Of a stretch of DNA of 64,000 bases, positions 1-9,382 are shown piece after piece (within the stretch, counting starts at the first letter, position 1; every line of letters begins with the position of its first letter). The translations under genes were made by a program, and so were the position numbers. Origin of the DNA: Oceanispirochaeta sp. (GTDB lineage Bacteria > Spirochaetota > Spirochaetia > DSM-2461); the NCBI GenBank assembly GCA_963663385.2, contig CAXXXD010000002.1:1248001-1312000 (forward strand), written 5' to 3'. The notes below the pieces were generated by a model. That model was not told where the DNA came from, made no database searches, and worked only from the letters and a program-made list of their open reading frames with translations.

Positions 1-1054
1 GGGGCAGCTTGAAAGAGAGATTCTCATAGAGGAGCCTGTCTCCGAATCCTTTGCTTACATTATCCGCTTCAATGACAATATCACCCAGACGGGGGCCGGC
101 CGGTATATAGATCTGCAGCTCTTTGGCATGCTCTTTCGTATCCTGATTCAGCAGGTTTTCATAGGAGCTGATGCGGGATTTGGACTTGGCGTGCCGTCCC
201 TTGGGGGACATCCTGATCCATTCCATCTCCTGTTTGAGGGTCCGCTGGCGTTCGGACTCTTTCTTCTCTTCCTGGGCCAGGCGCTTCTGTTTCTGTTCCA
301 GCCAGGAGGAGTAGTTTCCCTTCCAGGGGATTCCTTCTCCCCGGTCCAGCTCCAGGATCCAGCCGGCTACATTATCCAGAAAGTAGCGGTCATGGGTTAC
401 GGCGATAATGGTCCCTTCGTAGCGCTGCAGGTGGTGTTCCAGCCAGGCTACGGATTCCGCATCCAGGTGGTTGGTGGGCTCATCCAGCAGAAGAATATCC
501 GGTTTTTTCAGAAGCAGACGGCAGAGGGCTACCCGGCGTTTCTCTCCTCCTGACAGAACTTCGATTTTTGTATCTTCCGGAGGACAGCGCAGGGCGTCCA
601 TGGCCAGTTCCAGGCGGGAGTCGAGATCCCATCCGTCAAGGGCTTCCAGCCGGTCCTGTACTTTTCCCTGTTTAATGAGAAGTTTATCCATTTCATCATC
701 GGTCATTTCCTCGCCGAATCGGGCGTTAATCTCATCGTACTCTTTCAGAAGGTCAACCGTTTCCTGGGCTCCTTCCTCTACAATCTGTCTGACCGTTTTA
801 TCATTATCCAGCCGGGGTTCCTGTTCCAGGTAACCGATGGTGAATCCGTCGGAGAGGACTGTTTCTCCTGAAAAATCCGTATCCACTCCGGCCAGGATCC
901 GGAGGAGGGTACTTTTTCCGGCGCCGTTCAGACCGAGCACACCGATTTTTGCCCCGTAGAAATAAGAAAGGTATATGTTATTGAGAATTACTTTCTGGTT
1001 GTGTTTCTTGCTGACACCAACCATTGAATATATGACTTTTTTGTCGTCTGCCAT
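1..1054 (-). CDS. ettA: Energy-dependent translational throttle ABC-F ATPase EttA (runs off left edge)
   Basis: Manual translation from ATG at 1054: MADDKKVIYSMVGVSKKHNQKVILNNIYLSYFYGAKIGVLGLNGAGKSTLLRILAG...GYLEQEP; Walker A and EttA-type N-terminus; absent from the ORF track because the window edge cuts it. Confidence 0.9.
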   Translation of the reverse strand, partial: MADDKKVIYSMVGVSKKHNQKVILNNIYLSYFYGAKIGVLGLNGAGKSTLLRILAGVDTDFSGETVLSDGFTIGYLEQEPRLDNDKTVRQIVEEGAQETVDLLKEYDEINARFGEEMTDDEMDKLLIKQGKVQDRLEALDGWDLDSRLELAMDALRCPPEDTKIEVLSGGEKRRVALCRLLLKKPDILLLDEPTNHLDAESVAWLEHHLQRYEGTIIAVTHDRYFLDNVAGWILELDRGEGIPWKGNYSSWLEQKQKRLAQEEKKESERQRTLKQEMEWIRMSPKGRHAKSKSRISSYENLLNQDTKEHAKELQIYIPAGPRLGDIVIEADNVSKGFGDRLLYENLSFKLP

Positions 1055-1232
1055 TGTATGTTCCTTTTGCTGTAATGAAATCCCATTATACTGAAATCCC
1101 CTGACCCCCGCCAGATCAGGGAGAAGGATATTCTGAAGGGATTTTATGAAATCCGTCCGAAAACCTGTTAATTTGTTATTTTAGGGAGTATATTTAGATT
1201 AAGCAGTATACTATTCAAGAGGAGGGGCTTTT

Positions 1233-2111
1233 ATGAAAAAAACCTTAGCAGTATTAAGCCTCATATTTATATTAAGCTTTACCCTGTCAGCAGATGACAA
1301 TAGTCTTGATTACCTTGAGGGGTATCTTGAATTTCAGAGCGGTTCCGGATGGGAGGAACTCTATATCGGCGATGCCATAGCATCCGATGCCCTATTGAGG
1401 TTGTCCGATAATGGTTATGCCGAAATCCTGATAGGAGATGCGGTAGTAACCCTGATCAAGGACGGAAGCTACCGCATGGCAGACCTTATCAGTGATGTGG
1501 CAGGGATTTCCAATTCGACCATTGATCTTAAGAAGAAGCTGACCCTGAGTACGGACTTTGAAAAATGGCAGCAGGAAGCTACCATGGGTGTGCGTGGCGC
1601 GGAACAGTCTGCAGACGATCTCGGCACGGGTATGGAGGATGCGTATACCTACCTCAATGCCGGTCTGGAACTGCTTGCCGAAGAAAAATACAATGATGCC
1701 CTTGTAAATTTTGAAGAGGGATGGGAGTTCTTTGAAGATGATAACTGCCTGTTTTTCTCGGCTGTCTGTTATGAGGCCTTAGGTCAGAAAAGGGCCTACG
1801 CTTCCAGTATTCAGGATGTCACTGTCGATTATCTGGATGAAGAATTTGTCGCCGCCTTTATAATCCGCAAAGGGGATCTGCTGATGCGTTCTCTCTCATT
1901 TGAAGAAGCCGTTTCTGTTCTGGAAAATTTTAATAAGAACTCTTTTGATTCCACCACAGAAGAAGATCAGAAGATCCATTATCTGTTGGGGAAAAGTTAC
2001 CTTGGTCTGAATAAGAGCAGTATGGCTCGTAAAGAATTTAACACATCCCGGGAACTGGATCCGAATTCGGAAGTCGGCAGAATGGCAGCTGATGCTTTAA
2101 ATAATCTCTGA
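1233..2111 (+). CDS. Exported protein with FecR-like N-terminal region and C-terminal TPR repeats
   Basis: Signal peptide; ATMGVRG resembles the FecR GVRG motif; TPR-like helices (IHYLLGKSYLGL...ELDPNS); SD GGAGG. Confidence 0.6.
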   Translation: MKKTLAVLSLIFILSFTLSADDNSLDYLEGYLEFQSGSGWEELYIGDAIASDALLRLSDNGYAEILIGDAVVTLIKDGSYRMADLISDVAGISNSTIDLKKKLTLSTDFEKWQQEATMGVRGAEQSADDLGTGMEDAYTYLNAGLELLAEEKYNDALVNFEEGWEFFEDDNCLFFSAVCYEALGQKRAYASSIQDVTVDYLDEEFVAAFIIRKGDLLMRSLSFEEAVSVLENFNKNSFDSTTEEDQKIHYLLGKSYLGLNKSSMARKEFNTSRELDPNSEVGRMAADALNNL

Positions 2112-2125
2112 TATACTCCGAGGTA

Positions 2126-3295
2126 TTGTTTAAACGTTTTTTCTTTTTTCTAGTCTTGTTATTCTCTCTGCAGAACCTTGCAGCACTGACAGGAGGCAAT
2201 CTCTACCGGGTTATGATGACCCGGGACCGGGAGCCGGTCCGTCTGGTTTTCGTGCGTTCTCTGAAAGGGGTTAATCCGGAACTGTTTCTTATGGAGAATC
2301 TCCGTTATAACGGGACAGGGATAGAGCGGCAGGCAGATAAAACGATTTTTTACGAGAAACGGGATCACGGACGGGTTCCCGTCCTCTGTTTTCACCGTAT
2401 CGGAAATGATCCAAGGTATGAACTGACGGTCAACCGTACCCATCATCTGATGGCTTTTCTTGTTAAAAACCGTTTTTATCCGGTTTCCGACTTACTCTTT
2501 GCCGATGGGGATTTTTCCGGGATCCCTTCAGGATTGAAACCTGTCGTTATAGGTGCGGATGATGCTTCACGCGGGCAGATGATCTGGTCGGAGGAGGACC
2601 TCGAACTGATTGCCTCCGGGATTAATGTCAAAAACCCTCATATTGATCCGAACTGCCTGGCAGCCATTTTCTCCCGGTATTTCCCGGCAGTTCAGGGGCA
2701 TCATAATCTCACATTCTACGTCTCCTTCGATGCGGTTCCCTTCCGTCAGACAGGCGATATTCCTCATAGCGGTTTTCCCTATAGGGATCTTCCGGTTGTA
2801 GAACAGAAGCTGCGCTACATAAATGATAACTACCTTCTGGGGCACCATACGGTCACCCATACCTATCTGGGTGATCAGACTCCGGAACTTCTCATTGATG
2901 AAATCCATCAGGCTGAGGCTATTCTTTCAGACTATCTGGGTCAGCGTCCGAATCTGCCGACCATGGCCTATCCCTATGGTGTGGGATCTCTGGATCCCGA
3001 AGAAGAGACTGCTTTCCGTCATGCCGCCGACAGGGGTGTCTTTCCGGAATATGCCTATGATCTGGATGGAATGCTGTCCTGCCTTCCCTGGAGCCGCAGG
3101 TTTGAACCCTTCAGGATTTCACGGGTTTCTGTAGAAAACAGGAGTTTTGATACGCTTCTGGATCTTCTGGAATCACGGGATATTTATACAAGCAGGCGAA
3201 CGGTTCTGCTTTTTGCCCAGAACAAGAATCTGGATCTGGAATCCTACCATTTGACAATCGGAGGGGACGATACCGTTTATGTTTATATCCCCTGA
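2126..3295 (+). CDS. Exported polysaccharide deacetylase (NodB/CE4)-like protein
   Basis: VPVLCFHRI, divergent ADDA, HHTVTH, AYPYG motifs; signal peptide; TTG start. Confidence 0.65.
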   Translation: MFKRFFFFLVLLFSLQNLAALTGGNLYRVMMTRDREPVRLVFVRSLKGVNPELFLMENLRYNGTGIERQADKTIFYEKRDHGRVPVLCFHRIGNDPRYELTVNRTHHLMAFLVKNRFYPVSDLLFADGDFSGIPSGLKPVVIGADDASRGQMIWSEEDLELIASGINVKNPHIDPNCLAAIFSRYFPAVQGHHNLTFYVSFDAVPFRQTGDIPHSGFPYRDLPVVEQKLRYINDNYLLGHHTVTHTYLGDQTPELLIDEIHQAEAILSDYLGQRPNLPTMAYPYGVGSLDPEEETAFRHAADRGVFPEYAYDLDGMLSCLPWSRRFEPFRISRVSVENRSFDTLLDLLESRDIYTSRRTVLLFAQNKNLDLESYHLTIGGDDTVYVYIP

Positions 3296-3320
3296 CACTA
3301 TAGTAAGATCTGAGGAACAT

Positions 3321-4160
3321 ATGAAAAACAGAGTTGTTATAAAAGCTGACGAAATGGGTTTCTGCCTTGGCGTAAGACGGGCTGTCGGAACCCTGGAAGA
3401 AGCCGTTCATTCCGAAAACGGTCCTGTTTATACCCTGGGTCCCATTATCCATAATCCCAGCGTAATCCGGCATTTTGCTGATCAGGGCGTACAGGTTTCA
3501 GAATCACCCGAAGATATCCCTTCGGGCAGTACGGTAATAATCCGGGCTCACGGGATTCCGCCTGCCCTTCATGAGCGGATGAAAAGGCAGAAACTGAAGG
3601 TGCTGGACGGAACCTGTCCGAAGGTGATCGCTTCACAGAAGACCGTAAAGAAATATGATTCCCTTGGATACAATACGGTTATTGTGGGTGATGCCAATCA
3701 TGGAGAGATCATCGGTTTGGCCGGGTATGCCCGCCGTCCGATTGTATTAAGCTCTCCCTCGGAAGCGGAAGCTCTGGATCTGACCGGCCCCACCATGGTA
3801 ATCAGCCAGACAACCATCAAACAGGATGAGTTTGACCGTATCTGTAAAATACTGGAATCCAAGACGGAGGAGCTGAAGATTGTAAACAATATCTGTTCTG
3901 CAACCAACAACAGACAGGAGGCTTTAAAGCGTCTCTGTGACGAAGTGGATGCCTGTCTTATTATCGGCGGCAGGAACAGCGCCAATACACGCCGTCTCTT
4001 TATGACGGCGGAAGAGACGGGGATTCCCGTATGGCATATAGAAGATGCCTCTGATCTTCCCCCGGAAATAGCTGTTTATGAGAAGATCGGGATAAGCGCC
4101 GGAGCCTCCACACCGGATTCCGTAATCAGGGAAGTGGAGGAGGCTCTTCTCGGTATGTAA
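3321..4160 (+). CDS. ispH: 4-hydroxy-3-methylbut-2-enyl diphosphate reductase
   Basis: GFCLGVRRA, GPIIHN, IRAHG, DGTCPKV, SQTT, ICSAT, SANT, SAGASTP; start moved to ATG 3321 after GAGG. Confidence 0.95.
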   Translation: MKNRVVIKADEMGFCLGVRRAVGTLEEAVHSENGPVYTLGPIIHNPSVIRHFADQGVQVSESPEDIPSGSTVIIRAHGIPPALHERMKRQKLKVLDGTCPKVIASQKTVKKYDSLGYNTVIVGDANHGEIIGLAGYARRPIVLSSPSEAEALDLTGPTMVISQTTIKQDEFDRICKILESKTEELKIVNNICSATNNRQEALKRLCDEVDACLIIGGRNSANTRRLFMTAEETGIPVWHIEDASDLPPEIAVYEKIGISAGASTPDSVIREVEEALLGM

Positions 4161-4170
4161 ATTCCGGTTC

Positions 4171-4905
4171 CTAAAACTCCTCCAGCTGAAAATTCAGTTC
4201 GGCCAGGCAGGTATCGTTGTAATGGCTTCCCGGGTATACAGAGTCTATGGTCAGTCTTATTCCGAAAAAGCCGTAGAACTCCATAATCAGTTTGCGGTAT
4301 ATCCATCCGTCTCCCTCTTCCGGTGGAATTCCCAGATCCTGGAGAATCATGCTGTAGAATTCCGGATAGTCCCGGGAAAACTGGAGAATAACATCCTGAT
4401 AAAACTCGTCCTGTAAAGATTCCCACTGTCCTAGGCTGATCGTCTGATCCAGTCTTGTATCTTTGAGGTATATCGGTTCGGAAATTGTCTTCTCTTTGAC
4501 AAAGTAAAGGTTGTAATCCAACTCGGTTACCAGGCCGGGAGCGGTCAGACCTGCCACAAAAGAGACCGTTACTCCCCTGAGCCGGTTGTTACGTAAAAAC
4601 AGTCTCTCACTGGAAGCAAATCCATTGGTGAAACCGATGGCCTTGACTATTTTCCGGGAGAGGATGAGAATCGATTCGCCGACCCCGGCTCCTTTGTCTG
4701 CTTCCACCCAGGGAGTGGCGGGATTCCCGTCGAAGAGGTTTTCCGGTCCATAGGAAATTTCCTTTCCTTTCAGTGTTTCCCTGAGGACCGAACTGGCCCA
4801 GACAGATTCTCCTTCCTGTATCTCCAGCTCTGTCCAGTCCGTGTCCCGGGCTGTGCCTGCGGAAAGGGAAATGAATAAAAACAGAAAAGTAAAAAACTGT
4901 CTCAT
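4171..4905 (-). CDS. Exported protein with NADase-type glycan-binding (discoidin-like) domain
   Basis: YGPENLFDGNPATPWVE...GVGESI...NGF...RNNR...LTIDSVYPGSHYNDTCLAEL; signal peptide. Confidence 0.7.
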   Translation of the reverse strand: MRQFFTFLFLFISLSAGTARDTDWTELEIQEGESVWASSVLRETLKGKEISYGPENLFDGNPATPWVEADKGAGVGESILILSRKIVKAIGFTNGFASSERLFLRNNRLRGVTVSFVAGLTAPGLVTELDYNLYFVKEKTISEPIYLKDTRLDQTISLGQWESLQDEFYQDVILQFSRDYPEFYSMILQDLGIPPEEGDGWIYRKLIMEFYGFFGIRLTIDSVYPGSHYNDTCLAELNFQLEEF

Positions 4906-4925
4906 GGGGTATCTCCTTTTTCCGG

Positions 4926-5579
4926 TTATGAAATTGATTCCAGTACCCGGCGTGTATCTGCTGAGTAGATATTGTATCCCACCAGATCCGCGCCATCAAG
5001 TTTCGCTTCGTATTCATCCATCTGTTTCAGAATTCTCCCTGCTTTGTGAGCTGTTGATGCATACTGTCGGATAATGGCCTGGCGGTAAGGCAGATCCCCT
5101 CTTAGACGGATGATATCCTCTACCAGGGTTTTCGGTTTTTTCCCGGAGTAGAGAAGGGGCGAGGGAAATCCTGCTGTAACAGGACCGACTCGGCGTATAA
5201 GCCGGTTGGTGTAATTTATATCGAACTCCTCATAAAGGGTCCCGATCTGTCCCAGTAGCTCCCGGCTTTTGGAAACAATCTGATTGTTTGTAACGGAAAC
5301 GCCGGGAAGTTCCTTCCATACCCCGGGGAGGCCCTCTTTCAGAGTAAGAATATAGGTGCTTTGAAAAACCGTCCGGGACTGCCCTCCATCGGGGAAACGC
5401 CTGAGTCCCCGTGGCGCGAGATAGAGCCTGTATGCTGCAAGGAAACAGATCTCATCCTCTATCTCATAGGCAGGGCCCGCTTTAAAAGAGGTATAAATCT
5501 CTTCAGAAAAACCGCTTGCTCCTATTGATGCGGGGAGCAGGAAAAGGAACAGAAATACGATCGGAATCTTTGTATTCAT
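4926..5579 (-). CDS. Hypothetical exported protein
   Basis: 217-aa ORF with signal peptide, ends 20 bp before the next gene. Confidence 0.6.
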   Translation of the reverse strand: MNTKIPIVFLFLFLLPASIGASGFSEEIYTSFKAGPAYEIEDEICFLAAYRLYLAPRGLRRFPDGGQSRTVFQSTYILTLKEGLPGVWKELPGVSVTNNQIVSKSRELLGQIGTLYEEFDINYTNRLIRRVGPVTAGFPSPLLYSGKKPKTLVEDIIRLRGDLPYRQAIIRQYASTAHKAGRILKQMDEYEAKLDGADLVGYNIYSADTRRVLESIS

Positions 5580-5649
5580 CTCTTATAATTTTAATTCAAT
5601 AATCTTTCTTTTCAGGCTATACTTTGTTTTAATTAAAGGAGATAAGTGT

Positions 5650-6123
5650 ATGAAGATAGAGACAGCCGGGGGATTCCTGAAAGAGGGCGTATCTCAACAG
5701 GAACTTGTCACAAAGCTGAAAGAGCTGAATGAGGAAAACGACTTTCTGATTCTATCGGATCATAACCTGTATATTCAGTGTGCCCTTTCAGAAGAAGGGT
5801 TTACTGCCGAATACCAGGATACGGAGGGGCATTTCTCTTCAGATTCCGAATTGAGCGCAGATGCCATTGAGAAAATGTTCTCTCTTTATCTGGCCGGGGA
5901 CGGTACCTGGAAGGGTTTAACCGGATGGAACCGGGAAGGGGATTCGACCCAGACAGGTGCAGCCGGTGGCGGCGAAGGGATTACCGGGGACCAAATGCCG
6001 AACTTCTCTCCCGGTAATATCCTTAATTCTGTAAAAAAGCAGGTGGAACGGGAAGTCAGCCGGAGCATTTCCCGAAAGACTTCCGGAATGATCGGCAAAA
6101 TTATCCGGAAGTTTCTCGGCTGA
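5650..6123 (+). CDS. Hypothetical protein
   Basis: 157-aa ORF with SD AAGGAG; acidic N-domain, Gly linker, basic C-terminal helix. Confidence 0.6.
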   Translation: MKIETAGGFLKEGVSQQELVTKLKELNEENDFLILSDHNLYIQCALSEEGFTAEYQDTEGHFSSDSELSADAIEKMFSLYLAGDGTWKGLTGWNREGDSTQTGAAGGGEGITGDQMPNFSPGNILNSVKKQVEREVSRSISRKTSGMIGKIIRKFLG

Positions 6124-6172
6124 AGGAGCTGGCTGTTTCGACTAAGGGAACACTCTTCTGATAAGAAGGGCT

Positions 6173-7600
6173 TTAGCCTGACTGCCTATTTGGTTCTGTA
6201 AGAGGTTCTTCCCGGCATGTGTATCCTGACTCTGCGGGGATAAACCGGAGATGACGGCTGATGCCCTCGATTCTGTCTTCCCTGTGATGGGTCACATAGA
6301 GCAGGGTCGAATCCGACTGGTAGGCAAACTCTTCCAGCAGCTTCAAAACCTTCAGGCGGTTTCTGTCATCCAGCCCCTGGCAGGGCTCATCCAGAATCAG
6401 CAGGGGAGGATGCTTGATCAGTCCCCGGGCAATCAGCAGAAGCCTCTGTTCTCCATAGGACAGACGTTTTATAGGACGGTCCGCCCTGTCGCTCATCCCG
6501 AGGTAGGCCAGCCATTTATCAGCAAGCGCTCTCTGTAGGGGAGATACCTTATCGTACACACCGATAGAATCGAAAAGTCCCGAAATGATACACATCCTGG
6601 CGGTTAGGGATACCCGGTAATTCAGCTGCAGGGCGGGAGAGATTATCCCGACTTTTTCTTTAATCTCCCAGACCGTCTCACCGGATCCTCTCCTTTTGCC
6701 GAACAGGCTGACTTTATTGCTGTATGCCTGGGAGTTATCCCCGCTGATCAGGTTAAGCAGGGTTGTTTTTCCTGCTCCGTTCGGTCCGCTTATCTGCCAG
6801 TGTTCCCCCTGTTTCACTTCCCAGAAGAGATCATTCAGTATGGTCTTGTCTCCGTACCGGACTGTAACCCCCTCCATATGAACAAGGGACGCGCTGCCTT
6901 TATATCTGACAGAATCAGATGGCGGATCGGGAATAGGCAACCGGTTATTGATCCTGTCCGGATTCTCCTTTTCATAGCGGATCCATTCCTCCCGTGATCC
7001 GGTAAACGCCAGTTGGTGATCCCTGAATACTCCGATATGGCTGTGTTCCTCCAGAATCTCACTCTTTCTGTTGAGAATCATTAAAACCGCATGGCCCTCC
7101 CGGATAAGAGAGACAATCAGTTCTTTCATATCCGCCGCCGCCTCTACATCCAGGCCGTCAAAGGGTTCGTCCAGCATAAGAAGGGTCGGTTCGGCCAATA
7201 CCGCTCTGTAGATTAGCGCCCGCCGCATCTCTCCGGTGGAAAGGGTTCTGATCCCCTGGTTCAGAAGATCACCGTATCCTTCACTTACTTTAAAGGGAAG
7301 AGCTGAAATCTCATTGGATTCCAGTCCCAGAAAACGGTACAAGGGAGTTCCCGTATCAATCCTTCCCAGGAATTCCGAATCATCCTGATGGATCTGTTCT
7401 TCCAGTATCCGCTCCAGATTTTCAAACGAGACACTCCGGGCCTCTTTGCCGGCTTTCTCTTCCAGCAGCTCCAGAAAGCGTGTCTTTCCTGAGCCGTTTT
7501 CTCCCAGAATGACCCATTTTTCGCCTTTCTTCCATGTCCAGTTTATATTTGTCCCCTTTTGAAGGGGTTCATTTTCCAGTTTAAGAATGATGTTATCCAT
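6173..7600 (-). CDS. modF: ModF-like tandem ABC ATP-binding protein
   Basis: Two ABC domains (GENGSGKT, LSTGEMRR; GPNGAGKTT, LSYGEQR); FGKRRGSGETVWEIK typical of ModF. Confidence 0.8.
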   Translation of the reverse strand: MDNIILKLENEPLQKGTNINWTWKKGEKWVILGENGSGKTRFLELLEEKAGKEARSVSFENLERILEEQIHQDDSEFLGRIDTGTPLYRFLGLESNEISALPFKVSEGYGDLLNQGIRTLSTGEMRRALIYRAVLAEPTLLMLDEPFDGLDVEAAADMKELIVSLIREGHAVLMILNRKSEILEEHSHIGVFRDHQLAFTGSREEWIRYEKENPDRINNRLPIPDPPSDSVRYKGSASLVHMEGVTVRYGDKTILNDLFWEVKQGEHWQISGPNGAGKTTLLNLISGDNSQAYSNKVSLFGKRRGSGETVWEIKEKVGIISPALQLNYRVSLTARMCIISGLFDSIGVYDKVSPLQRALADKWLAYLGMSDRADRPIKRLSYGEQRLLLIARGLIKHPPLLILDEPCQGLDDRNRLKVLKLLEEFAYQSDSTLLYVTHHREDRIEGISRHLRFIPAESGYTCREEPLTEPNRQSG

Positions 7601-7687
7601 AATTCAGGAGTTTAGCACCTCCTTATCTTTTATGAGAATACGGAGGTGCTGGATTTTCCGGGAAATGGGAGATATAGTTTGAAGAAC

Positions 7688-8656
7688 ATGAAAAGAACCT
7701 TTTGTTTACTGTTTTTAACCTTCCTGCTTGTTGTTGATCTCACTGCTCTTCAGGCTGATCCGGGAGCGGATCTCTCCGGAGATAAACTGTCAGGCTTTTC
7801 TGTGGCTCCTGTCGTTTCATGGTTAAACGGACGCAGTATAGAGCTGGTAATGAATAATTCTTCTGCCGATCAGCGCTACACGAGCAAGCTGAACTGGGAA
7901 CTGAATCATATCTGCCTGGCCGGGGCCAAGGGTTCTTTAAATCTGGGGAATTATCTCTATTTTAATTTTGCCGCTCTGACCGCCCTGAACAGCGGGACCG
8001 GCGAGATGAACGATTACGACTGGTTATACTCCACCTATCCCCAGGCTGACACTACAACATGGACGAACTGGTCTCAGAGCGATACCTATCTTTTGAATTC
8101 CTACCAGATCGATTACAATACATCCCTCCGTTTTTTTCGCAGGCAGGGCTGGAATCTGGATCTGTTTTTTGGATTCCAGATATTTCAGTGGGCCTGGACT
8201 GATGAGTTGACGGACATTGATTACCCGTACTCGTCTTCAAATTACAGTGACCTGATTGGGGAGAACGGGATCGATTACGATATTCAGTACCGCATTCCCT
8301 ACCTGGGTACCGGGTTTTCCTGGAACCATGGTCCTGCCGGCGCGGGATTATCTCTCCGGTACAGCTGGAAGGTGAGTGCCGATGACCATGATTATCATAA
8401 ATTCCGGGATATTCACTTCTATGACTATTTTGAGGACGGGCAGTACCTGGGTCTTTCCGCTTACTGGCGCTGTGACTGGGGAGAAAGCCTGTCTTTCTCT
8501 TTAAGCTATGACTGGGATGAAGTCTTCGAAGTAGGGGGAGATACCCATATTGTTGAAGAGTCTTCCTTCGGCAGAAGCTACAGTTACGACCCCGGCGGAG
8601 CGGGGATCGCTTATTTTGCTTCTTCCCTGAGTGCAGCGCTGGAATACAACTACTGA
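7688..8656 (+). CDS. Omptin family outer membrane protease
   Basis: SKLNWEL, MNDYDWL (DxD), DHDYH (D-x-H), GIDYDIQYRIPYLG, C-terminal YNY beta-signal; signal peptide from ATG 7688. Confidence 0.8.
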   Translation: MKRTFCLLFLTFLLVVDLTALQADPGADLSGDKLSGFSVAPVVSWLNGRSIELVMNNSSADQRYTSKLNWELNHICLAGAKGSLNLGNYLYFNFAALTALNSGTGEMNDYDWLYSTYPQADTTTWTNWSQSDTYLLNSYQIDYNTSLRFFRRQGWNLDLFFGFQIFQWAWTDELTDIDYPYSSSNYSDLIGENGIDYDIQYRIPYLGTGFSWNHGPAGAGLSLRYSWKVSADDHDYHKFRDIHFYDYFEDGQYLGLSAYWRCDWGESLSFSLSYDWDEVFEVGGDTHIVEESSFGRSYSYDPGGAGIAYFASSLSAALEYNY

Positions 8657-9354
8657 ATCAGTTCGGGGTAGTCTGAAAAGAAGCCGTCCACTCCGCATCG
8701 GCCGACCAGCTCCGCCGCGTCGGGGCTGTTGACGGTGTAGCACATAACTTTCCATCCCTCTGCATGAGCTTTGTCCACATACTCTTTCGTAAGGTAGGAA
8801 GCTTCCGGGTGAAGGCTGTAGGGATTTAACCCTGTTGATTTGACATAGGAGGTAAAATCAATCATATCGCTTCCCGTCAAAATCCCTATTTTCATCTCCG
8901 GATCCCTTTCCCTGACCTCTTTAAGGCAGTTGTGGTTAAAGGATGAGATGAGAATGTCTCTCCCCCCCTCCTGCTCAAGCATGTCCAGTACAATCCGGGT
9001 TGTGGGTTCCTGAAACAGGGAGATGGATTTCACTTCAATATTCAGACAGACATCCCGGGGAATTAAAGCCAGAACATCCTCCAGTGCCGGTATCCCGGTT
9101 CCCCTGAAATCATTTCCAAACCAGCTCCCTGCATCCAGTTTGCTGATCTCCTTCCACTCCAGACTGCGGACCATTCCCGAGGCTTCGGTTGTTTTGTTCA
9201 GAAAAAAATCATGGATAACCACAGGTATTCCGTCTGCGGAGAGCTGTACATCCAGTTCTATACCCCGGGCCCCCATTTCGAGCGCTTTTTTGAAAGAGGG
9301 AATGGTGTTTTCAGGAGCATGTGCTGATGCTCCTCTATGTGCATAAAGAGTCAT
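8650..9354 (-). CDS. Glycerophosphodiester phosphodiesterase
   Basis: AHRGAS, PENT, ELDVQLSADG, HD, NIEVK, YTVN, SDYP. Confidence 0.92.
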   Translation of the reverse strand: MTLYAHRGASAHAPENTIPSFKKALEMGARGIELDVQLSADGIPVVIHDFFLNKTTEASGMVRSLEWKEISKLDAGSWFGNDFRGTGIPALEDVLALIPRDVCLNIEVKSISLFQEPTTRIVLDMLEQEGGRDILISSFNHNCLKEVRERDPEMKIGILTGSDMIDFTSYVKSTGLNPYSLHPEASYLTKEYVDKAHAEGWKVMCYTVNSPDAAELVGRCGVDGFFSDYPELIQ

Positions 9355-9382
9355 GGTGTTTTCCTTTATTGTATTGATTCAG

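Noticed and set aside
128..833. Plus-strand ORFs of 141 and 120 aa
   Set aside because: Antisense shadows of ettA
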